A stretch of 54,762 nucleotides of DNA from Sphingomonadaceae bacterium (GTDB taxonomy: Bacteria; Chloroflexota; UBA6077). The notes below the pieces were generated by a model, which was not told the origin of the DNA, did no database searches, and saw only the letters and a list, made by a program, of their open reading frames with translations. Location of the stretch: positions 1-54,762 of the forward strand of contig JBLNDL010000063.1 in the NCBI GenBank assembly GCA_050261575.1. Direction: 5' to 3'. Made by a program: the position numbers and the translations under genes. Positions within the stretch are counted from its first letter, which is position 1. Each line of letters starts with the position of its first letter. Below are positions 1 through 11,751 of the stretch, piece after piece.

Positions 1-79
1 CGCCCCGCGCCCCCCCCCCCCCCCCCCCCCGCACGGAAGGGGAAGGAGTAGCAATAGGCAGGCCAGGGCGAAGAAGGGC

Positions 80-108
80 TTGACCGCCCCGGTTCGGCCG
101 CCTAGAAT
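80..108 (+). promoter_or_regulatory. sigma70-type promoter of the IclR-hut cluster
   Basis: TTGACC (80-85), 17 nt spacer, TAGAAT (103-108). Confidence 0.7.
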
Positions 109-117
109 GTGGCAAAC

Positions 118-148
118 GCAACAGGGTTGCGCGGCGCAATCCTGTTGC
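118..148. promoter_or_regulatory. 31-bp near-perfect inverted repeat, probable IclR operator
   Basis: GCAACAGGGTTGCGC-G-GCGCAATCCTGTTGC immediately downstream of the -10 element. Confidence 0.6.
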
Positions 149-197
149 AGAGCTACGCCGCAGGGTGGTTCTCCGGCGGCGTCTTCTGGGGGTAGTG

Positions 198-995
198 ATG
201 GTTGGCGCTGTTGCCCAGGTGATGCAGATCTTCGAGATCCTGGTGGATTCCAGCGACGGGGCCACCGTGAGCGACCTGGGTGCCAGGCTCGGGATCAACA
301 AGGGGTCGGCCTCCAGGCTGCTCACGACCCTGGAGGCTGAGGGCTACCTGATTCAAAACCCCGTCACGGCTCGCTACGAGCTGACCCTCAAGCTGCTCGC
401 CCTCGCCAATCGCCTCACCGACAGACTGGGTTTCCCTGCCGGCGCCCAGCCGATCATCGATCGCCTTGCGGCGGAGGCCGGGGAGCTGGTGCAGCTTTCC
501 GCGGCCGACGGCGAGCGGCTTTACGTCATCGCGAAGGCCGAGGGAGACGCTCGCATCGCGGTGAAGTCGCTCATCGGGCGCCTCATGATTCCCCACGCCA
601 CGGCTGCCGGGAGGGCGTGGCTGAGCGCCTTCCCCCTGGACGAAGCCACCGCGATCGCTGCCAAGCAGGGGCTTCCAGCCTACACGGCCAACACCATCAC
701 AGACCTGGGCGTCTTGAGGGCAGAACTGGAGAGGGTCGCGGCCCAGGGGTTTGCGGTGCAGGACGAGGAGTTGATCCCCCACGTCTCGGCCATCGCCGTG
801 CCGATCCGGCATCGGGTGACCGGGGCGCCCCTGGGGGCTCTGGACATCGTGGCGCCGACCTTTCGCTTTCCCCGGGGGCGTCGACTCGGTTTCTTGGACT
901 CCTTGAAGGCAGCGGCGGAGGAGATCGAAACCCTGTGGCCGGAGGGCTTCGCCCAGCGGTGGCGGATTGGAAGGGGTACCGGCCGGAGGGAGTAG
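198..995 (+). CDS. IclR family transcriptional regulator
   Basis: N-terminal HTH (VSDLGARLGINKGSASRLLTTL), C-terminal IclR motifs (HATAAGRAWL, GFAVQDEE, AIAVPI); start could be 165, 195 or 198. Confidence 0.9.
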   Translation: MVGAVAQVMQIFEILVDSSDGATVSDLGARLGINKGSASRLLTTLEAEGYLIQNPVTARYELTLKLLALANRLTDRLGFPAGAQPIIDRLAAEAGELVQLSAADGERLYVIAKAEGDARIAVKSLIGRLMIPHATAAGRAWLSAFPLDEATAIAAKQGLPAYTANTITDLGVLRAELERVAAQGFAVQDEELIPHVSAIAVPIRHRVTGAPLGALDIVAPTFRFPRGRRLGFLDSLKAAAEEIETLWPEGFAQRWRIGRGTGRRE

Positions 996-1049
996 TTGGC
1001 ACGAGGTCAGCAGCCATTCCCGTTGGCTAGGGAGTAGGGAGGTACAGCC

Positions 1050-2717
<1,668 letters not shown>

Positions 2718-2977
2718 ACCGCCGGAGCGGCCAGCGCTGGATCGGCTCTCCATCTCGCGGGAGGTCGATCGCTACCGGCGCGAGGCTAGCTGGGAGGTGC
2801 AAGCTGAGATTGGCGCGTGCGTCGAACGCAACTGACCGGCAAGGGAGCTGGTCGAGGCTGGTCACGATGGCCTGGTGGACCCGGTTGTCTTGGAGCCGTT
2901 TGCGAACGAAGGGCTGCCTCGTGGAGGAGGTAGCCCGAGGGTTCAGCAGAATGCATCAAGAAGAGGGAGGATTCCCG

Positions 2978-4165
2978 ATGAAGGTTTCGATGCGATGGCG
3001 ATTGTCTGGGTTAGCTGGGCTCATGGTGTTCGTGGTAGTGCTCGTGAGCGCATGTCAGGCGCAGCAGCCTGCAGGGTCGACAGGTGGTGGTGGTGGGACC
3101 GGAGCTGCTAAGGAGGTCAAGATCGGGTTCTTCGGCCCGCTGACCGGCGACTCGGCCTCGGACGGCACCAGCGCCAAGAACGGCGCGGAGATGGCGGTCA
3201 ACGAGCTGAATGCCGCCAACGTGGTACCGGGCGTGAAGCTCACCTTGGTGCCCTATGACGATCAAAACAAGTCGGAGCAGGCGTCCAGCATCGCTCAGAA
3301 GCTGATCGAGCAGGACAAGGTGGTGGCGGTGGTGAACGGCTCCTACAGCACGCCTTCCCGTGCCGCGGCCCCCATCTTCCAGCGTGGCAAGATCCCCATG
3401 ATCGTCGCCTATGCGGTGCACCCTGAGATCACCAAGGCTGGGGACTACATCTACCGCATCATCTACGTTGGCCAGGTTCAGGGCAAGGCGATGGCCGAGT
3501 ACGCCACGACTAAGCTGAACTACAAGAAGATCGCGATGCTGAACGTGGACAACGACTACGGCAAGAGCATCGGGGAGGGCTTCACCGATGCCATGAAGGC
3601 GGCGGGTGGATCGGTGCCGGTGGCCCGAACCTTCTCCATCGGCCAGAAGGACTTTGCCCCGTTGATCACGGCGGTGAAGGACTCCAATCCCGATGCCCTC
3701 TACCTTGTGGGGTACTACGCCGAGGCCTCCCTTCTGGTCCAGCAGGCCCGGCAACTCGGCTTCACCAAGCCGATCCTCTCTACCGACGGCGTGGACTCCC
3801 CCAAGTTCCCTGAACTGGCCGGCAAGGATGCGGAGGGCGTGATCCTGACCACCGACTTCTCCCGGCAGGACCCGCGACCAAAGGTGCAGGACTTCATCAA
3901 GAACTACAAGGCCAAGTACGGCGGTGGGACCCCCGACTTCATCGCGGCATCGTCCTACGACTGCGTGGCCGTCCTGGCCGATGCGATCAAGCGGGGTGGA
4001 GCGACTCCGGATCAGATCAAGAGCGCCCTGGCTCAGACCAAGGATCTGGAGGGGGTCGCTGGCAAGGTCAGTTTCGATGCGAACAGAGAGGTGGTGAAGA
4101 CCATCTTCCTCGTCAAGGTGGAGAAGGGCGAGTTCCAGTACGTGGACAAGCTCGATCTCAAGTAG
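2978..4165 (+). CDS. branched-chain-amino-acid-type ABC transporter substrate-binding lipoprotein
   Basis: Lipobox VSAC, KIGFFGPLTGD, NDYG, LivJ/K-like fold; GGAGG before ATG 2978. Confidence 0.92.
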   Translation: MKVSMRWRLSGLAGLMVFVVVLVSACQAQQPAGSTGGGGGTGAAKEVKIGFFGPLTGDSASDGTSAKNGAEMAVNELNAANVVPGVKLTLVPYDDQNKSEQASSIAQKLIEQDKVVAVVNGSYSTPSRAAAPIFQRGKIPMIVAYAVHPEITKAGDYIYRIIYVGQVQGKAMAEYATTKLNYKKIAMLNVDNDYGKSIGEGFTDAMKAAGGSVPVARTFSIGQKDFAPLITAVKDSNPDALYLVGYYAEASLLVQQARQLGFTKPILSTDGVDSPKFPELAGKDAEGVILTTDFSRQDPRPKVQDFIKNYKAKYGGGTPDFIAASSYDCVAVLADAIKRGGATPDQIKSALAQTKDLEGVAGKVSFDANREVVKTIFLVKVEKGEFQYVDKLDLK

Positions 4166-4173
4166 TAGACGGA

Positions 4174-4205
4174 GCGTGGAGGAGGGGGCAACCCCTCCTC
4201 CACGC
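4174..4205 (+). terminator. GC-rich stem-loop after the SBP gene (terminator or mRNA stabiliser)
   Basis: GCGTGGAGGAGGGG-GCAA-CCCCTCCTCCACGC. Confidence 0.55.
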
Positions 4206-4285
4206 TGAGGGCGTGAACGTGCCTGTCTGGACGCGTTCGTGGGGTGAGGTCGATTCGCGCCCTGTACCTTCCATCACGAGGAACA

Positions 4286-5152
4286 ATGCTCCAACAGCTT
4301 GCTAATGGCCTCACAATTGGCATCGTATACGCACTAATAGCCACTGGGCTTGCTCTGGTCTACGGTGTGCTCCGAATCCTGCACTTCGCCCACGGCGGCG
4401 TCTACATGGTGGCCGCCTACGTGGCGCTGTTCCTGATCGGGGCGACTGGCCTCGCGTTCTGGCCGGCCTTCGTCCTGGCCCTTCTGGCGGCCGGCCTGCT
4501 GGGTGTGCTCATCGAGAGGCTGGTCTATCGGCGGCTACGGGGCGAGTCTCCCATCGCACCGCTTATCGCCGGTGTGGGAGTCTACATCTTCCTCGAAGAC
4601 ATGCTGCGCCGCGCCGCGGGCCCATACACTCGCCCGTTCCCAGCCGATTTCCCGGGGGTTCTCTCCCTTGGTCCGCTGCAACTGACACTCGAACAAGGAC
4701 TGGTCTTCGCTGCCAGCCTCTCTGGACTTGCGCTGTTGGTGTGCCTGATCCGGGGGACCAAGGTCGGGCTGGGGCTGCAGGCGGTCGCCCAGGACACTCA
4801 GACCGCTGCCTCCATGGGGGTCGACGTGAACCGAGTCGTGGCCCTCAGCTTCTTCGTCGGCAGTGCTTTGGCCGGTCTGGCCGGTGTCCTGGTCGGTCTC
4901 TACTTCAACGCGGTCGAGCCAGGCATGGGGGCGATCCCCGGGATGAAGGCATTCGCGATCGTGGTGCTGGGGGGCTTGGGCAGCGTCCCGGGCGCAGCTC
5001 TCGCCGCGCTGACCCTCGGGCTGGTGGAGACCCTGGTGACTGGCTACTTCGATCTGCCCCTGGGACGCGATGCCATCGCTTTCGTGCTGTTGATTGCCAT
5101 TCTGCTGTTTAGGCCTCAGGGTCTCTTTGGGCGGCAATTGGAGAAGGTGTGA
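4286..5152 (+). CDS. ABC transporter permease, LivH-like
   Basis: QQLANGLTIGIVYALIATGLALVYG, FAHG, RPQGLFG. Confidence 0.93.
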   Translation: MLQQLANGLTIGIVYALIATGLALVYGVLRILHFAHGGVYMVAAYVALFLIGATGLAFWPAFVLALLAAGLLGVLIERLVYRRLRGESPIAPLIAGVGVYIFLEDMLRRAAGPYTRPFPADFPGVLSLGPLQLTLEQGLVFAASLSGLALLVCLIRGTKVGLGLQAVAQDTQTAASMGVDVNRVVALSFFVGSALAGLAGVLVGLYFNAVEPGMGAIPGMKAFAIVVLGGLGSVPGAALAALTLGLVETLVTGYFDLPLGRDAIAFVLLIAILLFRPQGLFGRQLEKV

Positions 5153-5153
5153 A

Positions 5154-6047
5154 TTGGATAGCTACGCGCTGTCTGTTGGGATAGTAGTGGGCATCTGGGT
5201 GTTGATGGCGTTGGGCCTCAACATCATCACGGGCTACGCTGGCCAGGTGAGCCTGGGCCACGCGGCCTTCTACGCCTTCGGGGCATACACCACGGCGATC
5301 CTGACCACCAATCTCGGCTGGCCCTGGTTCGTCACCATGCCCCTGGCCGTGGTGGTCGCCGCCGTCTTGGGGGTGCTGCTGGGGCTTCCCAGCCTCCGGC
5401 TGAAGGAGGACTTTCTGGCCATCGTCACCCTCGGCCTTGGTCTGGTTACCCAGAGCCTTGCCCTCTACCTGCCATTCACAGGTGGGTCGCTGGGGATAGG
5501 CGGCATCCCGTATCCCAGCGTGGGTGGGTTCAGCTTCGGCACCGACAGCTACTTCATGATGGTGCTGCTCTTCGCTCTCCTCGGCACCGCTCTCAGCCTG
5601 TGGCTCGATCGCTCCTGGATAGGTCTGGGCTGGCGTGCGCTGCGGGACGACGAGCTTGCCGCCCGGTCCATGGGGATAGACGTCACCCGCTTGAAGGTGC
5701 TGGCCTTCGCCATAGGGGCAGGCTACGCAGGATTGGCCGGCTCGCTGCTTGCCCACCATCTGGGCTTCATCATCGCCTACAACTTCGGCTTCAATGAGAG
5801 CATCACTGCCCTGGCGATGATCGTCGTCGGCGGGATGGGTACCGTCCGTGGCGCCCTGGTGGGAGCGCTGCTGCTGGGCTTGGCGCCAGAGCTGTTCCGT
5901 CCCCTCGCGGAGTACCGTATGTCGATTTACGGGGCACTCATCGTGGCCGTCATGGTCTTCCAGCCCGGCGGGCTGCTGGGGGAGCGTTCCTTGATCGCCC
6001 GGAGGTTGCGGGCGCGATCTCTTCGGTTGCGGGTGAAGCATGGCTGA
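5154..6047 (+). CDS. ABC transporter permease, LivM-like
   Basis: GYAGQVSLGHAAF, LRLKEDFLAIVTL, PGGLLG; TTG start directly after the LivH stop. Confidence 0.92.
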   Translation: MDSYALSVGIVVGIWVLMALGLNIITGYAGQVSLGHAAFYAFGAYTTAILTTNLGWPWFVTMPLAVVVAAVLGVLLGLPSLRLKEDFLAIVTLGLGLVTQSLALYLPFTGGSLGIGGIPYPSVGGFSFGTDSYFMMVLLFALLGTALSLWLDRSWIGLGWRALRDDELAARSMGIDVTRLKVLAFAIGAGYAGLAGSLLAHHLGFIIAYNFGFNESITALAMIVVGGMGTVRGALVGALLLGLAPELFRPLAEYRMSIYGALIVAVMVFQPGGLLGERSLIARRLRARSLRLRVKHG

Positions 6048-6801
6048 GCAACAACCGATCCTGCTGGAGGTTCGGGGGCTCACTCGCCGTTTCGGCGGCG
6101 TGACCGCCCTCGCCGACGTGAGCTTCGGGGTCGCCGCTGGCTCCATCACCTCCCTCATCGGCCCCAACGGAGCCGGCAAGACCACCCTCTTCAACGTGGT
6201 CACCGGTATCCTGAGCCCCACCAGCGGGCAGGTGGTCTTCGACGGGCGTGACGTGACCGGATGGGCGGCCCACCGCCTGGCTCGCGCCGGGCTGGCCAGG
6301 ACCTTTCAGAACCTGAGGCTTTTCGGCACCCTCACGGCTCGAGAGAACGTGATCGCGGCGCTGGGTGGAAGGTTGAACCACGGCCTCCTGGGGGCGCTCC
6401 GCAGGAGCAGCGATCCCCTGCTGGTGAACGAGGCCGAGAGGATTCTCGCCTTCACGGGTTTGGAGGCGCATGCGGATGAGCTGGCGCAGGAGCTCCCCTA
6501 CGGGTTGCAGCGCCGCCTGGAACTGGCGAGAGCGATGGCCCTGGAGCCGCGACTGCTGCTGTTGGACGAACCCACCGCCGGACTGGTGCAGGCGGAGATC
6601 GAGGACCTGCTGCGGCTAATCGACGGTCTGCGCCAGCGAGGGGTCACGGTGCTGTTGATCGAGCACAACATGGCATTGGTCATGGGGCACAGCGACCATG
6701 TGGTCGTGCTGGACCACGGCGCTAAGATCGCGGAGGGCGATCCCTCCACTGTGGCCGCCGATCCCAAGGTGATCGAGGCCTACCTGGGGCACGAGGACTA
6801 G
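6040..6801 (+). CDS. ABC transporter ATP-binding protein, LivG-like
   Basis: Walker A GPNGAGKTT, RTFQ, LLLLDEP, IEHNM, VIEAYLG. Confidence 0.95.
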   Translation: MAEQQPILLEVRGLTRRFGGVTALADVSFGVAAGSITSLIGPNGAGKTTLFNVVTGILSPTSGQVVFDGRDVTGWAAHRLARAGLARTFQNLRLFGTLTARENVIAALGGRLNHGLLGALRRSSDPLLVNEAERILAFTGLEAHADELAQELPYGLQRRLELARAMALEPRLLLLDEPTAGLVQAEIEDLLRLIDGLRQRGVTVLLIEHNMALVMGHSDHVVVLDHGAKIAEGDPSTVAADPKVIEAYLGHED

Positions 6802-6803
6802 GA

Positions 6804-7520
6804 ATGACCGAGTTGTTGCGGATTGACCATCTCTCCGTTCGCTACGATCGGGTGGAGGTGGTCCACGGCATATCCCTGGACGTGGCCGCCGGCGAACTGG
6901 TGACCATAATCGGCGCCAACGGGGCTGGCAAGACCTCGACCCTGCGGGCAGTGGCCGGACAGATCGCTCCGGCGGGCGGCAGCATCCTGCTGGAGGGGCG
7001 AGACGTGACCCGGCTGCCGGCTCACGAGCGGGCGCGTCTCGGGATCGCCCTGGTTCCAGAGGGACGGCGAGTGTTCCCTGCGCTCTCCGTGGACCAGAAC
7101 CTCCTGATGGGGGCCTACGTTCGGCGGGATCGGGATGTCTCGAAGGATCTCGCACGGGTCAAGGACCTCTTCCCCATCCTGAAAGAGCGGGCAGGCCAGG
7201 CGGCGGGCACCCTCAGCGGCGGGGAGCAGCAGATGCTGGCCATCGCTCGGGCCCTCATGGCGCGGCCGAGGATCATGCTGATGGACGAGCCCAGCATGGG
7301 CCTGGCCCCCCGGGTGGTGGCCGATATCTACCGCACCATCGCGGAGTTGAAGCGGCAGGGGGTCACGATCCTGCTGGTGGAGCAGAACGCGAGGAAGGCG
7401 CTGCAGGTGGCGGATAGGGGCTATGCGCTGGAGGCGGGGCGGCTCACACACCACGCGCCGGCCGCCGAACTGGCCAACACCCCCGAGGTGCGCCGAGCCT
7501 ACCTGGGCATGGGCGCCTGA
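6804..7520 (+). CDS. ABC transporter ATP-binding protein, LivF-like
   Basis: GANGAGKTS, LSGGEQQML, DEPSMGLAP, VEQN. Confidence 0.95.
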   Translation: MTELLRIDHLSVRYDRVEVVHGISLDVAAGELVTIIGANGAGKTSTLRAVAGQIAPAGGSILLEGRDVTRLPAHERARLGIALVPEGRRVFPALSVDQNLLMGAYVRRDRDVSKDLARVKDLFPILKERAGQAAGTLSGGEQQMLAIARALMARPRIMLMDEPSMGLAPRVVADIYRTIAELKRQGVTILLVEQNARKALQVADRGYALEAGRLTHHAPAAELANTPEVRRAYLGMGA

Positions 7521-7587
7521 GCAGGTATCTCTACATAGGGTACACGTTTCCCGCCAGAGAAGTTGACATGAACTAGAGACACCTGCT
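7520..7587 (+). repeat. 68-bp MITE/REP-like element, copy 1
   Basis: Ends AGCAGGTATCTC...GAGACACCTGCT, internal GTTGACATGAACTAG; further copies at 27279 and 38716. Confidence 0.85.
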
Positions 7588-7692
7588 TGAGGAGTGCTGC
7601 GTGCTGAGTGGCCTCCCCCTCTCAATAGGGGGAGGCGGCGAGGTGGACTGTCTTCTCCAAGGGGGAGCAGCGAGTATCAGGAGGCGGATACC

Positions 7693-8961
7693 GTGACTCA
7701 GGCGACGCTATTGATCGAACACGCGGATGAACTGGTCACGCTGGCTGGTCCTCCCGGACCCCGCCGAGGCCCCGCCCAGGGAGATCTGGCCATCATCCGC
7801 GATGGCGCCCTGGCGGCTGGAGCCGACGGTCGGATCCTGGCCGTGGGCCCCACCTCCCAGCTTCTGGCATCCGTGGATCTGGCCGCTGGCGCTCGGGTGA
7901 TCGATGCCTCGGGCCGCGCCGTGCTGCCGGGCTTCGTGGATCCCCACACACACGCCGTCTTCGCTGGGGACCGTGCGGAGGAGTTCAGCCGGCGGCTGGA
8001 GGGCATCGACTACCTGGAGATCCTGGCAGAGGGAGGCGGCATCCTGAACACCGTGCGGGCGACCCGCGCCGCCTCGGAGACCCATCTTCGGGAGTTGGCG
8101 GCCGGCTACCTGGCTGAGATGCTTAGCCACGGCACCACCACGGTGGAGATCAAGAGCGGCTACGGCCTTGCCACCGGGGACGAGCTGAAGATGCTTCGGG
8201 TGGCGGCCGATCTGGCCCGAGAGGGGACTCAGCGGGTGGTGGCCACCTTCCTCGGGGCCCACGCGGTGCCGCCGGAGTACCGCGACCGGCCGGACGGATA
8301 CGTGGACCTGGTGGTGGAGGATACTATTCCGGCGGTGGCCGAGTCGGGGCTGGCCCGCTTCTGCGACGTCTTCTGCGAGCGGGGCGCCTTCTCGGTGGAG
8401 CAGAGTCGGCGGGTGCTGGAAGCTGGCCTGGCCCACGGTCTCGCGGCGAAGATCCACGCGGAGCAGAAGTCCTCCCTGGGCGGCGCCCGCTTGGCCGCCA
8501 GCCTCGGGGCGGTCTCGGCCGACCACCTGGAGTGCGCGACGGAGGCCGACATCCTGGCGCTGGCGGAGGCGGGGACCGTCGCTGTGCTGCTGCCGGGTGC
8601 GGCGCTGATGCTGATGGAGAGCCAATGGGCCCCGGCCCGACGGATGGTCGAGGCGGGCGTTCCCGTGGCGCTGGCCACGGATTTCAATCCCGGAAGCTGC
8701 CCGATCCTCTCGATGCCCCTCATCCTGGGGCTGGCCTGCCTTCGTCGATTGCTGACGCCCGCGGAAGCGCTCGTGGCGGCCACACTGAACGCCGCCCACG
8801 CCGTGGGCCTCGGCCAGGAGGTGGGCAGCCTGGAGCCGGGCAAGCGCGCCGACGTGGTTATCCTGGATGCCCCGTCCCACCTCCACCTGGCATACTGGTT
8901 CGGGCGGAACCTCATCCGCACCGTCATCAAGGACGGTCGGGTGGTGTGGGAGAGACACTGA
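7693..8961 (+). CDS. hutI: imidazolonepropionase
   Basis: PGFVDPHTH, GGGILNTVRATR, GTTTVEIKSGYGL, FLGAHA, ATDFNPG. Confidence 0.97.
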   Translation: MTQATLLIEHADELVTLAGPPGPRRGPAQGDLAIIRDGALAAGADGRILAVGPTSQLLASVDLAAGARVIDASGRAVLPGFVDPHTHAVFAGDRAEEFSRRLEGIDYLEILAEGGGILNTVRATRAASETHLRELAAGYLAEMLSHGTTTVEIKSGYGLATGDELKMLRVAADLAREGTQRVVATFLGAHAVPPEYRDRPDGYVDLVVEDTIPAVAESGLARFCDVFCERGAFSVEQSRRVLEAGLAHGLAAKIHAEQKSSLGGARLAASLGAVSADHLECATEADILALAEAGTVAVLLPGAALMLMESQWAPARRMVEAGVPVALATDFNPGSCPILSMPLILGLACLRRLLTPAEALVAATLNAAHAVGLGQEVGSLEPGKRADVVILDAPSHLHLAYWFGRNLIRTVIKDGRVVWERH

Positions 8962-9027
8962 TCCCGCAACGCGAGCGAGCACAAGGTTGCGCTTCTCGCG
9001 TTGGGTGAGGGAAATGGAGGACGATTG

Positions 9028-10626
9028 ATGCCGGGTTTGGTCGAGTGCGTGCCGAACTTCAGCGAGGGAAGGGACCCATCCGTGGTGGACCGCATCGTGG
9101 CGGCGATGACGGCGGTTCCGGGGGTGCGGCTGCTCGATAGGAGCATGGATGCCGGGCACAACCGATCGGTGGTGACCATCATCGGGAGCCCGGAGGCGGT
9201 GGGCGAGGCCGCCTATCGAGGGGTGGCGCAGGCCGCCCAACTGATCGATCTGCGTGTCCACCGTGGGGAGCATCCGCGCATGGGCGCGGCAGACGTGGTC
9301 CCCTTCATCCCCCTGCGCAACGTGACGATGGAGGAGTGCGTGGCGCTGGCCCGAGCCGTGGGAGAGCGGATCGGTCGCGACCTCTCCATCCCCGTCTTCC
9401 TGTACGAGGAAGCGGCAACCCACGCGGAGCGCCGGAACCTCGCGGACGTGCGTGGCCCCCAGTTCGAGGGGTTGCTCTCCCTGGTGGGGACCGATCCCTC
9501 CAAGACGCCTGACTTCGGCCCCAACGCGCTGCACCCCACCGCCGGTGCGGTGGCGGTAGGCGCCAGGCATCTGCTAGTGGCCTACAACGTCTACCTGAAC
9601 ACCGCCGACCAGTCGATAGCCAAGGCGATAGCCAAGGCCGTCCGCCACCAGGGCGGCGGGCTGCGCTTCGTGAAGGCCCTCGGCATCGCCCCCAACGAGG
9701 CTGGCCGCGTTCACGTTTCCATGAACCTGGTCAACACCTCTGGCACGCCGATCCACCGAGTGATGGAGCTGATCCGCTCCGAGGCGGCCCGGTACGGGGT
9801 GACCACGGTGGAGAGCGAGATCGTGGGGCTCGTCTCCGCCGATGCGCTGCTGGATGCGGCGGAGCACTATCTGCAACTCAATGCCTTCTCCCGTTCGCAG
9901 GTGCTGGAGTACAGGCTGCTGGAGGAGGAGCCTTCGGACCCGTCTCCTCTCCCAAAGGGAGAGGCTGCATGCCAATCCACTCTGCGAGAGGATCGAGGTG
10001 AGGCTGCCTCCGGCGAGGCCCTGCTCCAGGAGTCGGTGGCCGGCTTTGCCGATCGCGTGGCCTCGGGCGACGCCGTGCCCGGGGGAGGGAGTGTCTCCGC
10101 CTTCGTGGGGAGCCTTGCCGCTGCCCTGGTGGCGATGGTCTCCCGTCTGACGCTGGGGCGAAGGCGGTTCGCCGACGTGGAGGGGCGGATGAAGGAGCTG
10201 GAGGAGCGCGCCGAGTCGATGCGGACGCGGCTCCTGCGGCTGGTGGAGGAGGACTCCGCCGCCTACGCCACCTACATGTCGGCTGCACGTGAGGCGAAGC
10301 GAGGCGCAGACGGGGCGACGGCGGCGCTCCAGGAGGCGGCGCTCCAGGCGGCCAGGATACCACTGGAGACGGCTCGGGCCTCCCTGGGCGCCATCGAGTT
10401 GGCGCTGGAGGCCAGCAGGCTCGGCAATCCGGTCGCCCGCACCGACGCCTGTGTCGCCGCGCTTGCGGGCCACGCCGCCGTCCTGGGGGCGTGCCTCAAC
10501 GTGCGGGCGAACCTTCCCTCTCTGGCTCCGGAGCAGCGGCCCGAGCTGCTGGAGGCCGAGGTGAGCGCCCTGGAGCAGAGGGCGGCGGCTCTTCTTTCGG
10601 AAACGCTGGCGCTCGGGAGATCGTAG
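9028..10626 (+). CDS. ftcd: glutamate formimidoyltransferase / cyclodeaminase fusion
   Basis: ECVPNFSEGRD, HNRSV, HPRMGAADVVPF, then cyclodeaminase domain PGGGSVSA. Confidence 0.95.
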   Translation: MPGLVECVPNFSEGRDPSVVDRIVAAMTAVPGVRLLDRSMDAGHNRSVVTIIGSPEAVGEAAYRGVAQAAQLIDLRVHRGEHPRMGAADVVPFIPLRNVTMEECVALARAVGERIGRDLSIPVFLYEEAATHAERRNLADVRGPQFEGLLSLVGTDPSKTPDFGPNALHPTAGAVAVGARHLLVAYNVYLNTADQSIAKAIAKAVRHQGGGLRFVKALGIAPNEAGRVHVSMNLVNTSGTPIHRVMELIRSEAARYGVTTVESEIVGLVSADALLDAAEHYLQLNAFSRSQVLEYRLLEEEPSDPSPLPKGEAACQSTLREDRGEAASGEALLQESVAGFADRVASGDAVPGGGSVSAFVGSLAAALVAMVSRLTLGRRRFADVEGRMKELEERAESMRTRLLRLVEEDSAAYATYMSAAREAKRGADGATAALQEAALQAARIPLETARASLGAIELALEASRLGNPVARTDACVAALAGHAAVLGACLNVRANLPSLAPEQRPELLEAEVSALEQRAAALLSETLALGRS

Positions 10627-10719
10627 CTGGCGGCAGCGGGCGAGGCGCAGGCGCTTACCTGCACCTCGCCCTTCCCCCACATCGAAAGGCCCCACCTCGA
10701 TTCTCGCGCCAACAAGCCC

Positions 10720-10748
10720 TTGACAGTCCATCCCCCGATTGGTACAGC
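10720..10748 (+). promoter_or_regulatory. sigma70-type promoter of iolB-like gene
   Basis: TTGACA, 17 nt, TACAGC with upstream TG. Confidence 0.5.
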
Positions 10749-10860
10749 TTAGAACGATAGGAGGCCGTGCCGCTCGGCCCGGTGGATTGTGTTCCCTCTG
10801 GCGAGAGCGCAGGCGACAGGCTGGGCTGCTCCTGACATGGAGAAGGGAGGAAGGTTCGGG

Positions 10861-11652
10861 GTGGAGAGAAACGCCTGGTTGTTTCGCGGCACCAACGACG
10901 GCAAGGGCCGAAGGAGGATCATCGATCAAACCAACAGCGGACTCCAGTACCTGCGCTACGGCCGTATCCTTCTGGAGGACGGGAAGTTGGGCTTAGCCAC
11001 CGAGGGGGAGGAGGTGGTCCTCCTCTGCCTCAACGGGGAGGGGGTGGTCGAGATTGCCGGCCAGAGCTACCGGTTGGGGAGGTACGATGCCATCTACCTG
11101 CCCAGGGATTCGGAGTGCGCGGTCGTATCCGGAGGGCTCTTCGACCTGGCGGAGGTCTCGGCTCCAGTCGCAAAAGGCTACCCCGTCCAGTTCGTTCGCT
11201 TCCAGGATGTGCTGAAGGACGAGTCGCTGGTGAAGAGGGCCGGGTTCGAGCCGTACGCGCGGACTATCCACACCATCATCGGTGAGGGCAACACCCAGGC
11301 GGGCAGGTTGCTCGTGGGGGTAACGGTCAGCAAGGACGGCAACTGGACCAGTTGGCCACCCCACGACCACTCCGAGCAGAAGGAGGAGATCTACCTGTAC
11401 GTAGATATGCCGCGGCCCAGCTTCGGGATCCATCTCAACTATACGAAGATGAACGAGATGGAGATGGTGGTCCCCGTGTGGGAGGGAGATGCGGTTGCCA
11501 TCAAGAAAGGGTACCACTACAACGTGGCGAGCCCGGGCACCCAAATAGCCTTCGTCTGGATGATGGCTGCCATCCGCGAGGAGGAGGATCGACTCTTCGG
11601 GACCGTCACGGTCCAGCCGGAGTTCGCGGGGGGCAGGTTCAAGCTGTTCTAG
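10861..11652 (+). CDS. iolB: 5-deoxy-glucuronate isomerase, IolB/KduI family
   Basis: GNWTSWPPHDH, EEIYLY, GYH cupin motifs. Confidence 0.85.
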   Translation: MERNAWLFRGTNDGKGRRRIIDQTNSGLQYLRYGRILLEDGKLGLATEGEEVVLLCLNGEGVVEIAGQSYRLGRYDAIYLPRDSECAVVSGGLFDLAEVSAPVAKGYPVQFVRFQDVLKDESLVKRAGFEPYARTIHTIIGEGNTQAGRLLVGVTVSKDGNWTSWPPHDHSEQKEEIYLYVDMPRPSFGIHLNYTKMNEMEMVVPVWEGDAVAIKKGYHYNVASPGTQIAFVWMMAAIREEEDRLFGTVTVQPEFAGGRFKLF

Positions 11653-11673
11653 AAGAGACCGGTCGAGCCGTGG

Positions 11674-11741
11674 AACCGCGGAGGCACGGAGGAGCGGAGA
11701 GCAGCACGAACGAGTCTCCATGCCTCCGTGCCCCGGCGGTT
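11674..11741. repeat. intergenic palindromic REP-like element between convergent genes
   Basis: GGCACGGAGG...CCTCCGTGCC stem; related element at 32004-32045. Confidence 0.5.
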
Positions 11742-11751
11742 TCGGCGCGCG

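Noticed and set aside
10..30. Poly-C run
   Set aside because: Homopolymer at the window edge, most likely a sequencing or assembly artefact
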